Shown here: in pieces, positions 63,170 to 64,000 of the stretch
Layout: each line of letters opens with the position of its first letter
Position numbering within the stretch: position 1 is the first letter of the stretch
Assembly (NCBI GenBank): GCA_002269645.1
Contig: NIVC01001668.1
Location: forward strand, 1 to 64,000
Direction of reading: 5' to 3'
From: Macrostomum lignano
Lineage: Eukaryota
Length of the DNA: 64,000 nt
Made by a program: the position numbers and the translations under genes
Notes under the pieces: model-generated
The model's input: the letters and a program-made list of their open reading frames with translations, nothing else
Database searches by the model: none
What the model was told of the DNA's origin: nothing

Positions 63170-64000
63170 GTTTAGCGATGCTCCTAACAGTTTAGCAATG
63201 CTCATAACAGTTTAGCGATGCTCATGCTCATAACAGTTTAGCGATGCTCATGCTCATAACAGTTTAGCAATGCTCATAATAGTTTAGCAATGCTCATAAC
63301 AGTTTAGCGATGCTCATAACAGTTTAGCAATGCTCATAACAGTTTAGCGATGCTCATGCTCATAACAGTTTAGCGTTGCTCATAACAGTTTAGCGATGCT
63401 CATAACAGTTTAGCGATGCTCATAACAGTTTAGCAATGTGCAAAACAGTTTAGCGATGCTCATAACAGTTTAGCGATGCTCATAACAGTTTAGCAATGTG
63501 CATAACAGTTTAGCGATGCTCATAGCAGTTTAGCGATGCTCATAGCAGTTTAGCGATGCTCCTAGCAGTTTAGCGATGCTCATAGCAGTTTAGCGATGCT
63601 CATAGCAGTTTAGCGATGCTCCTAGCAGTTTAGCGATGCTCATAGCAGTTTAGCGATGCTCATAGCAGTTTAGCGATGCTCATAGCAGTTTAGCGATGCT
63701 CCTAGCAGTTTAGCGATTATCCTAGCAGTTTAGCGATGCTCATAGCAGTTTAGCGATGCTCCTAGCAGTTTAGCGATGCTCATAGCAGTTTAGCGATGCT
63801 CCTAGCAGTTTAGCGATGCTCATAGCAGTTTAGCGATGCTCCTAGCAGTTTAGCGATGCTCATAGCAGTTTAGCGATGCTCATAACAGTTTAGCGATGCT
63901 CATAACAGTTTAGCAATGTGCATAACAGTTTAGCGATGCTCATAGCAGTTTAGCGATGCTCATAGCAGTTTAGCGATGCTCATAGCAGTTTAGCGATGCT
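63170..64000. repeat. Minisatellite, 20-bp unit (gtttagcgatgctcatagca), runs off the window
   Basis: Tandem array. Confidence 0.95.

Overview
Eukaryotic (animal) genomic DNA with intron-rich host genes, minisatellite-filled introns and many small transposons. The style resembles a Macrostomum-type flatworm, but host identity is an inference only. Host genes, with exons reconstructed by hand from GT-AG sites and phase: an unidentified poly-Q/poly-A exon (1.4-2.2 kb, -), VPS26 (9.9-19.7 kb, -), a canonical Ras (20.4-25.9 kb, +) head-to-head with VPS26 across about 640 bp, and a complete PITPNM/rdgB gene (43.9-63.0 kb, +). The main feature is a 15.6-kb endogenous Polinton/Maverick (adintovirus-like) at 27366-42966 with AGTAGT...ACTACT ends. 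It carries uninterrupted ORFs for adenain, major capsid, a basic core protein, integrase-chromodomain, a pX-like protein, penton, packaging ATPase, parvovirus-type PLA2 and protein-primed PolB. It also carries an unusual accessory module: a dUTPase, a deoxynucleoside kinase with an apparent 117-nt spliceosomal intron, and a TATA-binding-protein-like repeat in frame with the kinase. The two ends form a 1583-bp inverted repeat that duplicates the protease and half of the capsid gene, and the flanks share no target-site duplication. All protein assignments come from motif recognition by eye; no database searches were run.
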